DNA of 64,000 bases from Selaginella moellendorffii (Eukaryota > Plantae > Lycopodiophyta), in assembly GCF_000143415.4 (NCBI RefSeq), contig NW_003314332.1:682001-746000 (forward strand). Reading direction: 5' to 3'. The notes beneath the pieces were generated by a model, which had not been told where the DNA came from, did no database searches, and was given only the letters and a program-made list of their open reading frames with translations. Below, piece by piece: positions 1-11,794 of the stretch (position 1 is the stretch's first letter; the number at the start of each line of letters is the position of its first letter). The translations under genes were made by a program, and so were the position numbers.

Positions 1-750
1 GGGACGATCCTCCACGTCCGCCTCATCCTTGACGACTGGCTTCTTCCTGGGGTGATGGTGAGAGTGCGAGGACGTGGTTCCAGAGCCGGAGCTCTTCCGG
101 CGCTGCTGCTTCTGCTCCTCGATGAGAATCCTGCGCTTCTTGCGCGCCTCCTGCCGCTTCTGGCACTGCACCTCGCGCTTGAGCCGCTGCTGCTCCAACA
201 CTCTCCAGTTCACGGGCAGGGAATCCGACCGAGCCAGCGATGGCTGCCTTGCGCTTCCTACATTTACACTTGCAACACCCGAGCTCCCTGCCGGGGCGAG
301 CACACGATCGTCGCACTGCTGCTCCTCGTCTCGCAGGGGAGAAGGAGGACACGATGAAACTCCCGAGTGGGCGAAGGACGAGAGGCCGAGGCTGAGCTCC
401 AGACCACTCTCAAGATGCCTTCCTCCAGCTCCTCCCAGTTGCTGCGTCGTTGGAGAAGGATCTTGGTGGTGGCGGTGTTGCTGGTGGCGCGGAGGAGTGA
501 TGCAGAGATGGGGCAGCAGCGGCTGGAGTTTGAGCAGCAAATCCTGCGTCCCAGCAGCAGTGGCAGTGGCGGCGGCGGCGGCGGCAGCACAAATTGTGGA
601 GGAGGACGCTGAGGAGGACGAGGAGGAGAGTGTAGCAGCAGTGGGACTGGCAGTGGGAGCGGGAGCTTCGATGTCTACCTTTACGGTCATGGTAAAGTGG
701 ACGCGATTGCTGCTGCTCGTGGATGCGCCCTCGCTGCTACCGCTCATCAT
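1..750 (-). CDS. NINJA/AFP (ABI five-binding protein) family co-repressor, 5' part; runs off the window
   Basis: Manual translation from ATG at 750 (absent from the ORF track because no stop lies in the window): MMSGSSEGAS...HLESGLELSLGLSS (EAR motif)...LARSDSLPVNWRVLEQQRLKREVQCQKRQEARKKRR (NINJA_B-like). Confidence 0.75.
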   Translation of the reverse strand, partial: MMSGSSEGASTSSSNRVHFTMTVKVDIEAPAPTASPTAATLSSSSSSASSSTICAAAAAAATATAAGTQDLLLKLQPLLPHLCITPPRHQQHRHHQDPSPTTQQLGGAGGRHLESGLELSLGLSSFAHSGVSSCPPSPLRDEEQQCDDRVLAPAGSSGVASVNVGSARQPSLARSDSLPVNWRVLEQQRLKREVQCQKRQEARKKRRILIEEQKQQRRKSSGSGTTSSHSHHHPRKKPVVKDEADVEDRP

Positions 751-880
751 GCTGATCCGCCGCTCACTTCGCCGCCGCGCAAGATCTCTCTCGCTCTCTC
801 CCTCTCTCTCTCTCTCTTCCCTCCCCTCTCTCTCTCTCTTCCCCCCAATCCTCGCTAAACCTAGCGGCCTGTCCACGCAG

Positions 881-1077
881 CACGTGGCAAATCAGCACGT
901 GGCGGCTGCTCCACGTGTCGGGCTTCTCGGTTTTTAGGGAACAAAAGGATATTTTATGGCGATTAAAAAACTCTGTAAAAACCAGGGCACTACACCTGTA
1001 GGAGGTGGCATTGGGTGGACAAAGCCGCCCCATCGCTGGAAACGCGACACGTGGTGTGGTGAAAAATGGCACGTGGC
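881..1077. promoter_or_regulatory. Cluster of five G-box/ABRE elements upstream of the NINJA/AFP gene
   Basis: CACGTGGC at 881 and 896, CCACGTGTC at 911, GACACGTGG at ~1046, CACGTGGC at ~1070. Confidence 0.65.
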
Positions 1078-1136
1078 ATGTGCTCACGATCGGTTCCAAA
1101 GATTTTTATCACATCCAATGGTCGAATACATGGCAA

Positions 1137-3383
1137 TCACGATGTGGATGTTTGGGCGGCACAAAAATCTGGAGTAAGATACATGTTTGATAGCATCACA
1201 TATGGGGAAGCGTTATTTACGTCAAGCTGGATCATCTCTTTGATCACTCGCATTCCACGGTTGAAATCGTGGTGCATCCTACAACCATTCAACAATGTCG
1301 TCCAAGCCACCAGTTTTGTGTCTGGCGTATATTTCGGCACCAATTCTATGGTTTTCTCTGCGTCATCCAGCTTGCCTACTCGCCCTAACACGTCTACCAT
1401 GCAAATGTAATGGTCCACAATTGGCGTAATCCCATAGTCTCCAAGCATTGTGCCAAAGTAGCAAATGCCGCAGTGCTCCAAGATGCCGCCGTGACTACAC
1501 GCGGACAAGATCCCAACGAATGTAACCTCGTCCACGTCGACGCCCTGGAGCTGCATGGCTCGCCACAGCTCCAGCGATTGGACCTCGCGACCAGCCTGGG
1601 CATATGCCGTGATCATGGAGTTCCACGTCCACGTGTCCTTGCCCGCCATTTCGTCAAATAGCAGCCGTGCGGTGTCCAACACTCCACACCTGCCGTACAT
1701 GGTCACCAGCGCGTTGCCCAGAGCCATCTCGGTTTCGAGTCCCCTCGCCACCACCTCCTCATGGACGAGCTCGCCCACTCGCAAATCGGCCACGCTCCCG
1801 CAGACGTCGATCACGCTCACAAAGGTGATATCGTCGGCTGGGATGCCCTCCACGTCCATCTCCTGGAAGAGACGAATGGCCTCGCCGCCCACCCCGTTCT
1901 GTCCGTACGCCGCAATCATTGCGTTCCACGTCACCGCGCTCCTGATTGGCATGTCGTCAAACATTCGCCGCGCGTCCGCCACGTACCCCGCCTGGGCATA
2001 TGCCGACAGCATCGCATTCCTGGCCACCACATCCCAGCGTGGCATTCCATCGAATATCCTCCTGGCCTCATCAATGTGACCGCTCTCCGCGTACGCCACA
2101 AGCAGATTGGTCCACGACAAAAGCGACTTGTACGGCATGCTGTCAAAAAGGACTTTTGCGGCCAGTAGGTGCCCGTTCTGGGCATACACGGTCACCATCG
2201 CATTCCACGTCACCCCGTCCCGCCGCGTCATCTCGTCGAATAGCTGCCTGGCCTCGTCCACGTCACCGTTTAGCCCGTAGCCAGTGATCATGGCATTCCA
2301 CGCTGTAACGTCGCGCTGGCGCTTCCCCAATCCATCAAAGATTTTGCGGGCCTCTCGTACGTCCCAAGCCCTGGCATATCCACTTATCATGGTGCTCCAC
2401 GTCACCGCGTCCCTCTCATCCATACGGTCGTACAGCTCCCGCGCAGCGTCCATGTCCCCATGTGACGCGTAGGCAGCCAGCATGGCGTTGCAAGTCACCG
2501 TGTTCCTCTCTGGCATTTTAGCAAACAATGACGTGGCTCTTGCAAGATGGCCGTTCTGGGCATATGCGGTTACCAGGGCAGTCCAAGAAACGACGTTTGG
2601 ATTCGGAATCTGGTCAAAGAGATTCTTTGCCTCGACAACACTTCCTCGTTTTGCATACGCTGTGACTAACGCATTATACGAAGCTTCATCCTTCCCTGGC
2701 ATATTGTCAAAGAGCGCCTTGGCTTCCTCCAGAATGCCATTGCTGGCATACGCGGCGAGCATGGCATTCCACGCAACTACATTTTTCCGAGTCATCTTAT
2801 CAAACAAAGCTTTTGCCTCGCGCACGTCCTGGTTTTGAGAGTAAGCCGTGATCATAACTGTCCAGGAGAACTCGTTTCTGTCTGGCATCTTGTCGAAGAG
2901 CTTCCGAGCCTCACGGAGATGCCCTTTTTGGGCATATGCAGCCACGATAGCGGTCCACGAAACAACGGTCGGATCCGGCATGGCATCGAACAGCGTTCGA
3001 GCATCCTCCAGATTCCCATTCGATGCATACGACGTGATAAGACAGTTCCAGGTGACGGAATTGGGACGGGGCATCTTCTCAAACATGGTCTTGGCGTCGT
3101 CAAGATGCCCATTCTTGGCATATGCTGAGATGACCAGGTTCCACGAGTAGGCGTTGGGGCGTGAGATGCCGTCAAACACCCGGCGAGCGTCATCCACACT
3201 GCCACACTTTCCAAACATTTCCAGGAAAAGATTCGACAGGAACCTGTCTCCGGTGTGCTCGCTCGCCAGGAATTGCTCGTGGAGACGTTTTCCAGCTCGC
3301 AAATCCTTCGTGTTTCCGCAAGCACGGATCTTCTCGGCACAAGCGGATGCATCCAACCCATCAATCGAGGCCAAAGACCACAT
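1137..3383 (-). CDS. PLS-class PPR protein, E subgroup without DYW (organellar RNA-editing factor-like)
   Basis: 748 aa intronless ORF; ~31-aa repeats (A..LFD.MP.R.VVSWN.MI.AY); ends HYICMVDVLGRVG...WTTLLNGC...YVMLSNMY. Confidence 0.92.
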   Translation of the reverse strand: MWSLASIDGLDASACAEKIRACGNTKDLRAGKRLHEQFLASEHTGDRFLSNLFLEMFGKCGSVDDARRVFDGISRPNAYSWNLVISAYAKNGHLDDAKTMFEKMPRPNSVTWNCLITSYASNGNLEDARTLFDAMPDPTVVSWTAIVAAYAQKGHLREARKLFDKMPDRNEFSWTVMITAYSQNQDVREAKALFDKMTRKNVVAWNAMLAAYASNGILEEAKALFDNMPGKDEASYNALVTAYAKRGSVVEAKNLFDQIPNPNVVSWTALVTAYAQNGHLARATSLFAKMPERNTVTCNAMLAAYASHGDMDAARELYDRMDERDAVTWSTMISGYARAWDVREARKIFDGLGKRQRDVTAWNAMITGYGLNGDVDEARQLFDEMTRRDGVTWNAMVTVYAQNGHLLAAKVLFDSMPYKSLLSWTNLLVAYAESGHIDEARRIFDGMPRWDVVARNAMLSAYAQAGYVADARRMFDDMPIRSAVTWNAMIAAYGQNGVGGEAIRLFQEMDVEGIPADDITFVSVIDVCGSVADLRVGELVHEEVVARGLETEMALGNALVTMYGRCGVLDTARLLFDEMAGKDTWTWNSMITAYAQAGREVQSLELWRAMQLQGVDVDEVTFVGILSACSHGGILEHCGICYFGTMLGDYGITPIVDHYICMVDVLGRVGKLDDAEKTIELVPKYTPDTKLVAWTTLLNGCRMHHDFNRGMRVIKEMIQLDVNNASPYVMLSNMYLTPDFCAAQTSTS

Positions 3384-3390
3384 CTCGTCT

Positions 3391-5889
3391 TCATCGATTC
3401 GTGGTGTTCCTTCTGGATCCCTGAATCTCCGTGTAGAGATTGGAGAGCAGTGTCAAGGAGGAGGAATCGGTGGAATCCCTGGACATGATCTCGTTGACAG
3501 CCGCAATCGCACCACGTCCTACATTTCCGTGGACTCTACACGCTCCCAGAAAGCTCGACCACAAAACACTATCAGGCTCGAAGGGCATGGATGCCACAAG
3601 GCCATCGGCGGCGGCGAGCTCCCCGGCGCGCCCAAGAACATCGATGAAGCACGCGTAGTGATCCACAGTAGCTTCGATTCCAAAATCCGCCCACATTCCA
3701 ACGAAGTAGCTCCTTCCCAATTCGACATCGCCCTTGTGGCTACACGCCGCAAGAACACTGACGAAGCTCACCTCGCTGGGCGTGAATCCCGCCTGGGCCA
3801 TGCGACCGAAGAACTCTAGCGTTTCATCGCCAGAGCACACTGCGAGCATCGAATTCCAGGACACTACGTCGCGATGCTCCATCCGCGAGAAGATCTTGTG
3901 GGAATCGGCGACGCTGCCGCAGCGCCTAAACATCGCAATGAGCGCATTCGACAGCATTGGATCGTCGCGTTCCAATCCTCGCACCGATACCTCGAATTGG
4001 ATCACGCGGCAGAGGGCCTCGATCCCTAGGGCAGCGCAGGCGGCAATGGCGGCCATGAATGTGATGTTGGTGAATTCCAGCCCTAGAACGTCCATGCCAC
4101 ACAGCACAGCCAACGCTTCTTTGCCATGCCCAAACTGGGCATATGCTGATGCCATGGCTGTCCACGTCACCACGTCCTTCTCAGGCATAGTATTGAAGAG
4201 CTCTTGTGCTTCTCGCATGTAACCTAATTGCGCGTATCCTACCAGGAGGCTTGTGTAGGTGATAATGTTTCTTTGTGTCATGAAATCAAACACACTCTTA
4301 GCCACGTCAAGATGCCCGCATTGGGCATATCCAGCGATTAATGCGTTCCCACTTACAACGTTAGAATGAGGATTTTGGTCATAGAGAATCTTGGCATGGG
4401 AAAGTTGATGTTGTGAGCAGTAAGCAGTGATCATGGTGTTCCAGGAGGCAGAATCTGGATTTGGGATCTGGTCGAAGAATTGCCGAGCTCGATGAACATC
4501 CCCTCCCTGGGCATATCCCGCAAGCATCGCATTCCAGGAGACGATGTTCTTCCGCGGGGCTGGAATCTGATCAAAAACGTTTCTGGCCTTTACGAGATCG
4601 TTGCTCTGCGTGTAGCCCGAAACGATCGAAGCCCAAGACACCGTATCTCTCTCCAGCATAGAATCAAACAACTCTTTCGCCTCGCGCACACAGCCATTTT
4701 GATTGTAGGCGATGATCATCGCATTGCAGGATCCAATCCCCGGGCTGGGGCCGATGGAATCAAAGAGGCGCCTCGAGGAATCAAGCTGCCCATACTGACC
4801 GTACGCAGAGATGATCGCGTTCCATGTAGCCTCCGTCCGATCGGGTACGGCGTCAAACAGCCGACGGGCGAGATGGAGCTGACCCTGCTGACCGTACATC
4901 GCGATCATGGTCGTCCACGTGACCACATCGCGGCCAGGCATCTCGTCAAACAGGGCTTGGGCTTCCAGTAAATGCCCAGCGCGGGCATTTGCCGAGAGAA
5001 GAATATTCCATGATATAACGTCTCTCTCGGGCATCTGGTGGAACAGGGCAAGGCATTCGCGGACATTGCCATCGTGGCAATAGGCGGAGAGGATGAGGTT
5101 CCAGGAGATTAGGTTTTCTCGATTCGCCACGCGATCGAAGAGCTCCCTTGCGCGATCGATGCTCTCGCCGTGTTGCGCGAGGCCGGCGAGGATGGAATTC
5201 GTCGATAGGTCGTCTCTTTCTGGCATCCGATCGAAGATTTCCTGTGCCTGGTAGACGCGGCCGTGGTGGGAGTAAGCAGCCAGGAGCGCGTTGTAGGAAA
5301 CGAGGTTGCGCTGGGGCATGGCGGTGAAGATCTGCTCGGCATCGCCAAGATTTCCAAGCCGGGCGTGTGCCGTGAGCATGGAATTCCAGGACACCAGATC
5401 TTTGTCCGGCATTCCATCGAAGAGATCTCTGGCTTCTTGGAGCTTCCCCGATCGCGAGCACGCGGCGATCAAGATATTCCAGGCCATCTCGTTCCTCTCC
5501 GGCATGCAGTGATCGAAGAAGGATTTGGCGTGGAGGATCTGGCCGGTGTGCGCGTAGGCGGCGAGAACGGAGGTCCAAGACACGACATTGGTGAGAGGCA
5601 TGCGATCCAGCGCGATCTTGGCGTCACTGGCGCTGCCGCGGCGGGCGTGGGTGGAGAGCGCGATGTTCCAGGAGAAGAGATTGGGGTGAGGGATCTGGGA
5701 GAAGACGAGGAGCGCGCGGTCGAGATGGCCGCAGTTGCGATACATCTCCATGACGAGATTGCACAGGAAGACATTGTGGCGGTGATTGGAGGCGAGGATC
5801 TGAGCGTGCAGCGCCTGGCCCTGTGCCACATTCTTGGATCTGGATGCCTGCTTGAGCAGCGCCGCGTAGTGATCTGTGTCGTGCATCAA
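3391..5889 (-). CDS. PLS-class PPR protein, E subgroup without DYW
   Basis: 832 aa intronless ORF of PPR repeats; C-terminal HYACFIDVLGRAG...WSSFLGAC...LLSNLY. Confidence 0.92.
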   Translation of the reverse strand: MMHDTDHYAALLKQASRSKNVAQGQALHAQILASNHRHNVFLCNLVMEMYRNCGHLDRALLVFSQIPHPNLFSWNIALSTHARRGSASDAKIALDRMPLTNVVSWTSVLAAYAHTGQILHAKSFFDHCMPERNEMAWNILIAACSRSGKLQEARDLFDGMPDKDLVSWNSMLTAHARLGNLGDAEQIFTAMPQRNLVSYNALLAAYSHHGRVYQAQEIFDRMPERDDLSTNSILAGLAQHGESIDRARELFDRVANRENLISWNLILSAYCHDGNVRECLALFHQMPERDVISWNILLSANARAGHLLEAQALFDEMPGRDVVTWTTMIAMYGQQGQLHLARRLFDAVPDRTEATWNAIISAYGQYGQLDSSRRLFDSIGPSPGIGSCNAMIIAYNQNGCVREAKELFDSMLERDTVSWASIVSGYTQSNDLVKARNVFDQIPAPRKNIVSWNAMLAGYAQGGDVHRARQFFDQIPNPDSASWNTMITAYCSQHQLSHAKILYDQNPHSNVVSGNALIAGYAQCGHLDVAKSVFDFMTQRNIITYTSLLVGYAQLGYMREAQELFNTMPEKDVVTWTAMASAYAQFGHGKEALAVLCGMDVLGLEFTNITFMAAIAACAALGIEALCRVIQFEVSVRGLERDDPMLSNALIAMFRRCGSVADSHKIFSRMEHRDVVSWNSMLAVCSGDETLEFFGRMAQAGFTPSEVSFVSVLAACSHKGDVELGRSYFVGMWADFGIEATVDHYACFIDVLGRAGELAAADGLVASMPFEPDSVLWSSFLGACRVHGNVGRGAIAAVNEIMSRDSTDSSSLTLLSNLYTEIQGSRRNTTNR

Positions 5890-6599
5890 ATTGGCACTTT
5901 TTAAAAGACCTAAAACATTAACATGGAAGTTTTAAATTAGAATGTTAGCTAATTTAATTATGCTTTGTTCTAGAATTTCAGTGCTCAAATTCTTGGCGGA
6001 AAACACTCTCTTTGCAACTATTCATCATGTTCATCTTTGCCACAACTTTTCTTACCTCTATTTTCATCTATAGTAGATTTTTTATTAGCATCACTAGCAA
6101 TGGCACAAACCAACTCAATTCATTCTTTTCCATAACTTCTCAAGCTAACAAAAACACATTTAAAGAGTTGCACTAGCACTTAAGCCAGCACCAACACTGT
6201 AAGAATTGATCCATAGCACCTCCAACAAGCATGGTTAATTATGGTATGTATGCTAACAACATGTTTTGTTACTCTATGGGCATTGCTTCTGCTTGTAGCT
6301 AACAACACCGTGTGCCACACACACAAGTGAAAGCTTTATAGAATATTTATAGATATTTTAATAAGCATTAATATTTCTTTTTCATTTTTCAAGATCCTCA
6401 TTGTAGCATTAGCTTACTTTAATGTTAATTTCTGGTGAAAAAAAGTTAAAATTCAAAAAAATCTAATATAATAGTGTGGTAGTGTGAACAAATTACCATT
6501 ATATTTATTAATTTGATGGTGGGAGTAAAACTCCCCTTAGATTATTGCTTTTTGGACTGGCAATTACTCTTAAATTCACAAATTATTTCTATTTTTGTA

Positions 6600-8400
6600 A
6601 GGGTTTCTCATTCACACCTAACATTGTCTAAAATGTCTCCCTCTCCCACTTCTATCTTGTAGTCTACTTCTCTAGATCCACCTTTGGCTACAACATTTGA
6701 TAAATAATGCATTGTTAAAATATTATTTCCCCTTATACGGATACTCATAAAAATTAATTTATATGCCCCCCTTCGATAATGTATCCTCAAATATGGTGTC
6801 ATAGTTCCTTTTGGGGATTTAATGATTATATTACTTGTTATGAATCAGCCTCATAGAGCAGAGTAGGTAGCTTCAAGTTTTGCGGTGGAGTCACCTAGGA
6901 GGCTGACGGCCCAAAAGTAGTGCTAAGCATTCATGTTCATGGTTTCACAGGTGGCTTCAAATTTTGCGGTGGAGTCATTTGGGAAGTGAATAGCCCAAAA
7001 ACAACATCATGTGTTCGTGCTTGATTGATTGTCTTCATAAACAAAAATCCCCATAATTGCTTCAAGAATGTGACAAGGAGTTTTTTACACATATTCCATC
7101 TATGTTTTCATAAAACTTATAAATAAACTAGCAATGCAATATAAGGTTGTCAACAAGTTTAGTTGGCACTAGAGGCCTTAACAAGTTGTGGGGAACAAAA
7201 TCAAATCTTCTATATACAGAAGGTATAAGTAAAGGCTAACCATAAAAATGTTAAAAAGATTTTTATAATGGAGTATTTCTAATGCATTAATGTGAAGTTC
7301 AAAAAATGTAAGGGATAAAGGATAGAAATCTATTGTGCATTTCACTTGTTGATCTCTTAGGTATTTTACAAGAATTGTTATACAAATTTACTAAATGGCT
7401 TGTATTAGCTTTATGGAGTATTTAGCTTCCAAAGTTCCTAAAAATGTTCCTTTTATAAAACTGTATCAAATACTTTAAAGATAATCTGCACAACTATCTT
7501 TAGATTAAAAGCCTGTTTGGCCAATGGTTCATTTAGTGTTAATCTCACTCAAAAAGATAAGGTATGGCTCTATAATAGTTATAAATAATCTAGAGAATAT
7601 AAAGCTTACTATAATGGTTTAGTAATTTTCTAAGATCATAGAATTTATAAATTTGTAGATGGGAACCATATAATTCATTTGTTATTCTTGAGAGAAATCT
7701 TCATTTATTGTGGAGTATATGTGTAAGGGACTCTTTATATACTTGGAGCAATTTAGTTGTGAGACCTTGGGTATTTAGGGCTTCTTATTTGTGAAGGCAA
7801 TTAATCATAGTGAGAATGTATTAAAGCCTATAATTGGGAAGGGGTAGAGTCTCCTTCATGTTAGGTGTAAAGTAATCCAAGGTAATTCACCTAAATCTCA
7901 ATGCTATTCAAAAGAATAAACTTTACAAGCTTTTTGAAAATCTTGAAATCTTATTAAATGTTGTTTGAAGTTCCCGTACATTCTTTAAGTTCTTCTAGAT
8001 ATAGTGTCAATGTTATTTCTAATTATATAATTGTCAAAAATGTTGTTAAAAGATTATGGCATCAAGAACACATTTTTTAACTTTTTGTTCTTTAATTTAA
8101 TAAAGTTGATGACATTTGTCATTCCATTAAACATCTTTTGGGAGCCCATTAACATGATTTATTTTATATTGTGGAAAAGTGTATTAGGTAGCTATATTAA
8201 TGATGTGAAAGAGGAATAAAGCTTGCTTAGTAGGTGGTGTGGAGAAAACATTAAAGTTCTATAATTCTACCACCTATTACTAATAAATTTACCAATGATT
8301 TTATCTTATAGTTATTTAGCATCTAAGGCTTTTTGATTGTAAAGACAATAAAAATGTGTAGTATATGCTATTTTCACTATATACCTATGATGATTTATCA
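6600..8400 (-). mobile_element. Possible highly degraded Ty3/gypsy pol relic
   Basis: AT-rich; only short stop-riddled minus-strand motif echoes (IVKIAYTTHF ~8370, IMLMG ~8150, LPLPNYR ~7840) in RT-RNaseH order. Confidence 0.3.
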
Positions 8401-8889
8401 TAGGAAAATTATAGAGCAAAACCATAACCCTTAGACATGTGGGCTAAGGGTAGTGAAGTGGAACCTAAGTTTCAAAGCTTTAAGCCACTGAACAAAGGGA
8501 TAAAGCTAAACTCTCGAGCATAAAGCTAAAGAACAAAGAAATTGGAGCACAGGACAACTCCTAAGCATATAACACAAGAAATGAAAGGATATAAGTAAAA
8601 AGCAATATTGGAACAATCCTAGAGTATCTAGCATCTTAATGTTATGATTAATAAATAAAATGGAGCCAAATGGAATGTAACATTATTATAGCATACCGAT
8701 GGTTTAATGCGAGGATATAGATACTTCACCAACTAATATGGTATTGATCTTGGGCTTAAACCTAATCTAGACACAGAACAAGGATATGCACACAAGTTTT
8801 TTAGTAGGATATAGTAGGTAATCTATACTATACCTCAAGTTAGTCAACTATAAATTATGTATGAATGAATGATATATGATAAGCAACAA

Positions 8890-10898
8890 TTGTTTTGTTT
8901 CTTTGTGGACTTTTGTAAAGCATTTGACACAATCCCACAAAAGGAACTTTTTTAGTGACTTCAAAAGTTAAATACTCCACTAAAGTTGGTATAAAATATT
9001 TATAAACTCTTGAATTTTGACTTCTAGGGAAGTACACTTTTATTTATAAGTTGTAACTCTCTTGAAAGCCTCACTTTTTTGACATCCTGGAAGGTACACT
9101 CTTATTCATGGACCAAAGCTCTCGGGTTCCACTAAATATTAATCTCAACATATAATGTAATTCCCTTAGTCAATCAATAGAATATATCAATCTCAACATG
9201 TGATATGATTCCCCTAGTCAACTAATAGAGTCTAAATTCAAGACTTTTCTAATATCAAATATAAACTCTTAAATTTAAATTTCTCAAGAGGTCACCTAGC
9301 CCAATATCATTCATGTTTAACCCCAAATATTTTAACAATTGAAAAAGGGGGTGTATTCTTATTTATGAGCCATCCCTTTTATATTTGAACCCTTATATAG
9401 ATTATCTTTCAAATCACTCTTTTTAATCATTCAATAGATCTATATAATAATTCTTGTAGAATACTCAGAAAATCAACAAACAGAATGCACAATAAGTGTC
9501 AAGCAAGGTTATCCTTTATCCCCCACATTGTTTGGATTGCACATTGATGTATTGGAAACACTCTTTTGCAATGAAAATCTTTCCAACATTCTCATGGGTA
9601 GTCTCTACTTATACCTCCTATATGCAAATGATTTGCTCATGTCTTGTTAAAGCCTCCAACACTAGCTAGACTTGCTCGCAACCAGTAGTTTATCTATGAA
9701 TCTTATGAAAATATAGGTTATGGTATTTGGCCATCTATGATAAAGAAGTGACAAAAATGACCTCCATTGCCAACATTGGTTGCTGGTGATAAGAGAAAAC
9801 TACAAGTACCTTGTATATATAGTCCACCACAAGAATCCTTGGAAGGCTAGGACAACAGAATGCATCCAAGCAAGCACAAGAGCATATTACTCACTCTAGA
9901 GTGATCTCAAGCAAGCTGGTATTTTTCAATGGGATGCACATAGACAATATTACTAAAGGTGATCACTATCCTCACATATGCTAAGGAGGTTTAGGGTTGT
10001 AGACTACGACAAATGACATGGAGGAAAATGGAACAACTTAACTATTAGTTCTTGAATACAGAATTTGGATGCAACAAAGTGGCAATTGGGATTTTAATTA
10101 TGGAATCTAGCTTGCTTCTGATTGAACTCCGAAGTGTGAAAAACACAATGCAATACATCCTAAGTTGTACTGCTGGCAAGTGAACTTGAAGAAGGCAAAA
10201 GCTAAATCTGAGCCCTTCAACTGCTGTAGGACAATGACAACCAACACATTCCCCACCCAACCTCATATGCACTGCTCAAAATAAAATGGTTAAGTATGTT
10301 TTCTCAGATTTTATCAACCTTGCTAGAGATATCAGCAAAGGCTGGTGGCACAATCCTAGACAAAAGATTTGGGCAAGGATCTTGAGACCCTCCTTAAAGA
10401 AAATACCATAGATGTCCCAAACCATTGGCTTGAGTGAGCTTTCCAATGGTGGCTTCAAGGGGCTCAACACGATCCAAAATTCCAGCACTATTTATTAGTT
10501 ATCAACCTGCAAAGGCTTATTGGTATTGCTATTTACTGATCTATGGGACAACAGAATCCTGGCACACTATTGAGTGGGATAACATTGCCTGCACTCAGAA
10601 GTTAGGAGGACCAAATCTGTTATTTATACATTGAAGATAGTCAAACTGTCCTACACTTCACCACTGCATACAAACAACAATGGGACAAAGAACTGCTCCT
10701 TAATTTTGATTTGCCCCTCCCTCTCTTCCTCTAGCAATGGCAATACTAATGACTTTGTGAGTACCTTATTGCAACCACAAATTTGCACAATGAGCTACTT
10801 GCCATCCTTGAATTTACACATCCACAGTAGATAGGATGGTCTCATGCCCTTGGATCCTCATGACTTGAAATAGCTGTTATTATTATTATTATTATTAT
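8890..10898 (+). mobile_element. Degenerate non-LTR retrotransposon (LINE, RTE-like) RT remnant with (TTA)n tail
   Basis: FVDFCKAFDTIP at ~8900, SVKQGYPLSPTLFGLHID at ~9495, LLYANDL (YADD) at ~9615, NYKYL at ~9800, ending in a TTA tandem tail at 10877-10898. Confidence 0.65.
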
Positions 10899-11176
10899 GA
10901 CAATGGAGGATCTTTGCAATCCATTGCACTCTGCCATACCAGATTCAATCATTCCCCACACGGTTTAGAAATCACAGAAGTGGAAATACTTACAACCTAG
11001 AAGTTGTAAATTATAAGGGTAATGGTAACTGTAATGGAAAATATATCAAATTTCCTAAAATTTCGCCCTTAACGTTAAAGGTAAGCCCTAGGTCCTCACA
11101 TTCTTCTTTGCAAACCAATTGAGAGTTCTTAGCATTCTTATTAGTCTTATTAGAAAAAGAGACTGACGAAGTCCTT

Positions 11177-11758
11177 CTAAATGGACCATTCAAGCTGTAA
11201 GACCGTGGGTTCATCCTGGTCTTTGCCAACATATCTACAATCCACACCAAATTCCATGGCCAGCCCATTAATAAAGAAATAAATCTCCTCCCTCGGCACC
11301 TCCTTGAGCATAACCTTACTGCAAAACTCATGGTTTCCCGTGAGGAAAACAAAGTCTTCTCTATCCCAGCACCCGCTGATCCACTGCTGGAATGACTCTT
11401 TCGCTTCCTGGCCTAAGGTATCAAACCAGAGTTGCATGCTCCTCCAGTCCAGAAAAACGTCCCAAATAAAAGGTGTACAAACCTCGGGATCCTCCTCGTA
11501 CCAGCACCAACCTTCATCATCGTCGCGTTGCATACTGTTTGGAGCAAAGAATTGCGCGCCACCAACTATCATCCGCTGCTTCCAAGCTACCAGCATTGGC
11601 TCGGTTTCTAGGGTTTGAGCGGCAAGGCTGTCGCAGATGTAGGTCCTAGGGGAAGAGCACAGACGAGTGAATCTAAAAACGTAGCTGTGGATGTACCTTA
11701 TTTCAGAGCTCGGACGATTGATGATACCCATCCAGTGAGCTTTGTGCCATTGCAACAT
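11177..11758 (-). CDS. Uncharacterised protein homologous to the C-terminal (degenerate PIN-like) domain of the divergent gene; probable 51-nt intron 11646-11696
   Basis: Shares WHK..W, Y.CDS, AWK, FFAP.S, GW..Y, VFLTGN..F, GLAM.F..D.R, DEP.VL.L.WS with 12600-13084(+). An in-frame GTACAT...CCCTAG intron gives EIRTYICDS. Confidence 0.6.
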   Translation of the reverse strand: MLQWHKAHWMGIINRPSSEIRYIHSYVFRFTRLCSSPRTYICDSLAAQTLETEPMLVAWKQRMIVGGAQFFAPNSMQRDDDEGWCWYEEDPEVCTPFIWDVFLDWRSMQLWFDTLGQEAKESFQQWISGCWDREDFVFLTGNHEFCSKVMLKEVPREEIYFFINGLAMEFGVDCRYVGKDQDEPTVLQLEWSI

Positions 11759-11794
11759 TGAAAACCTACGGTTTATTAGGGCTCAGGGGAGATT

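Noticed and set aside
74-937. 287-aa plus-strand ORF
   Set aside because: Antisense shadow of the NINJA/AFP coding sequence, which carries the recognisable motifs.
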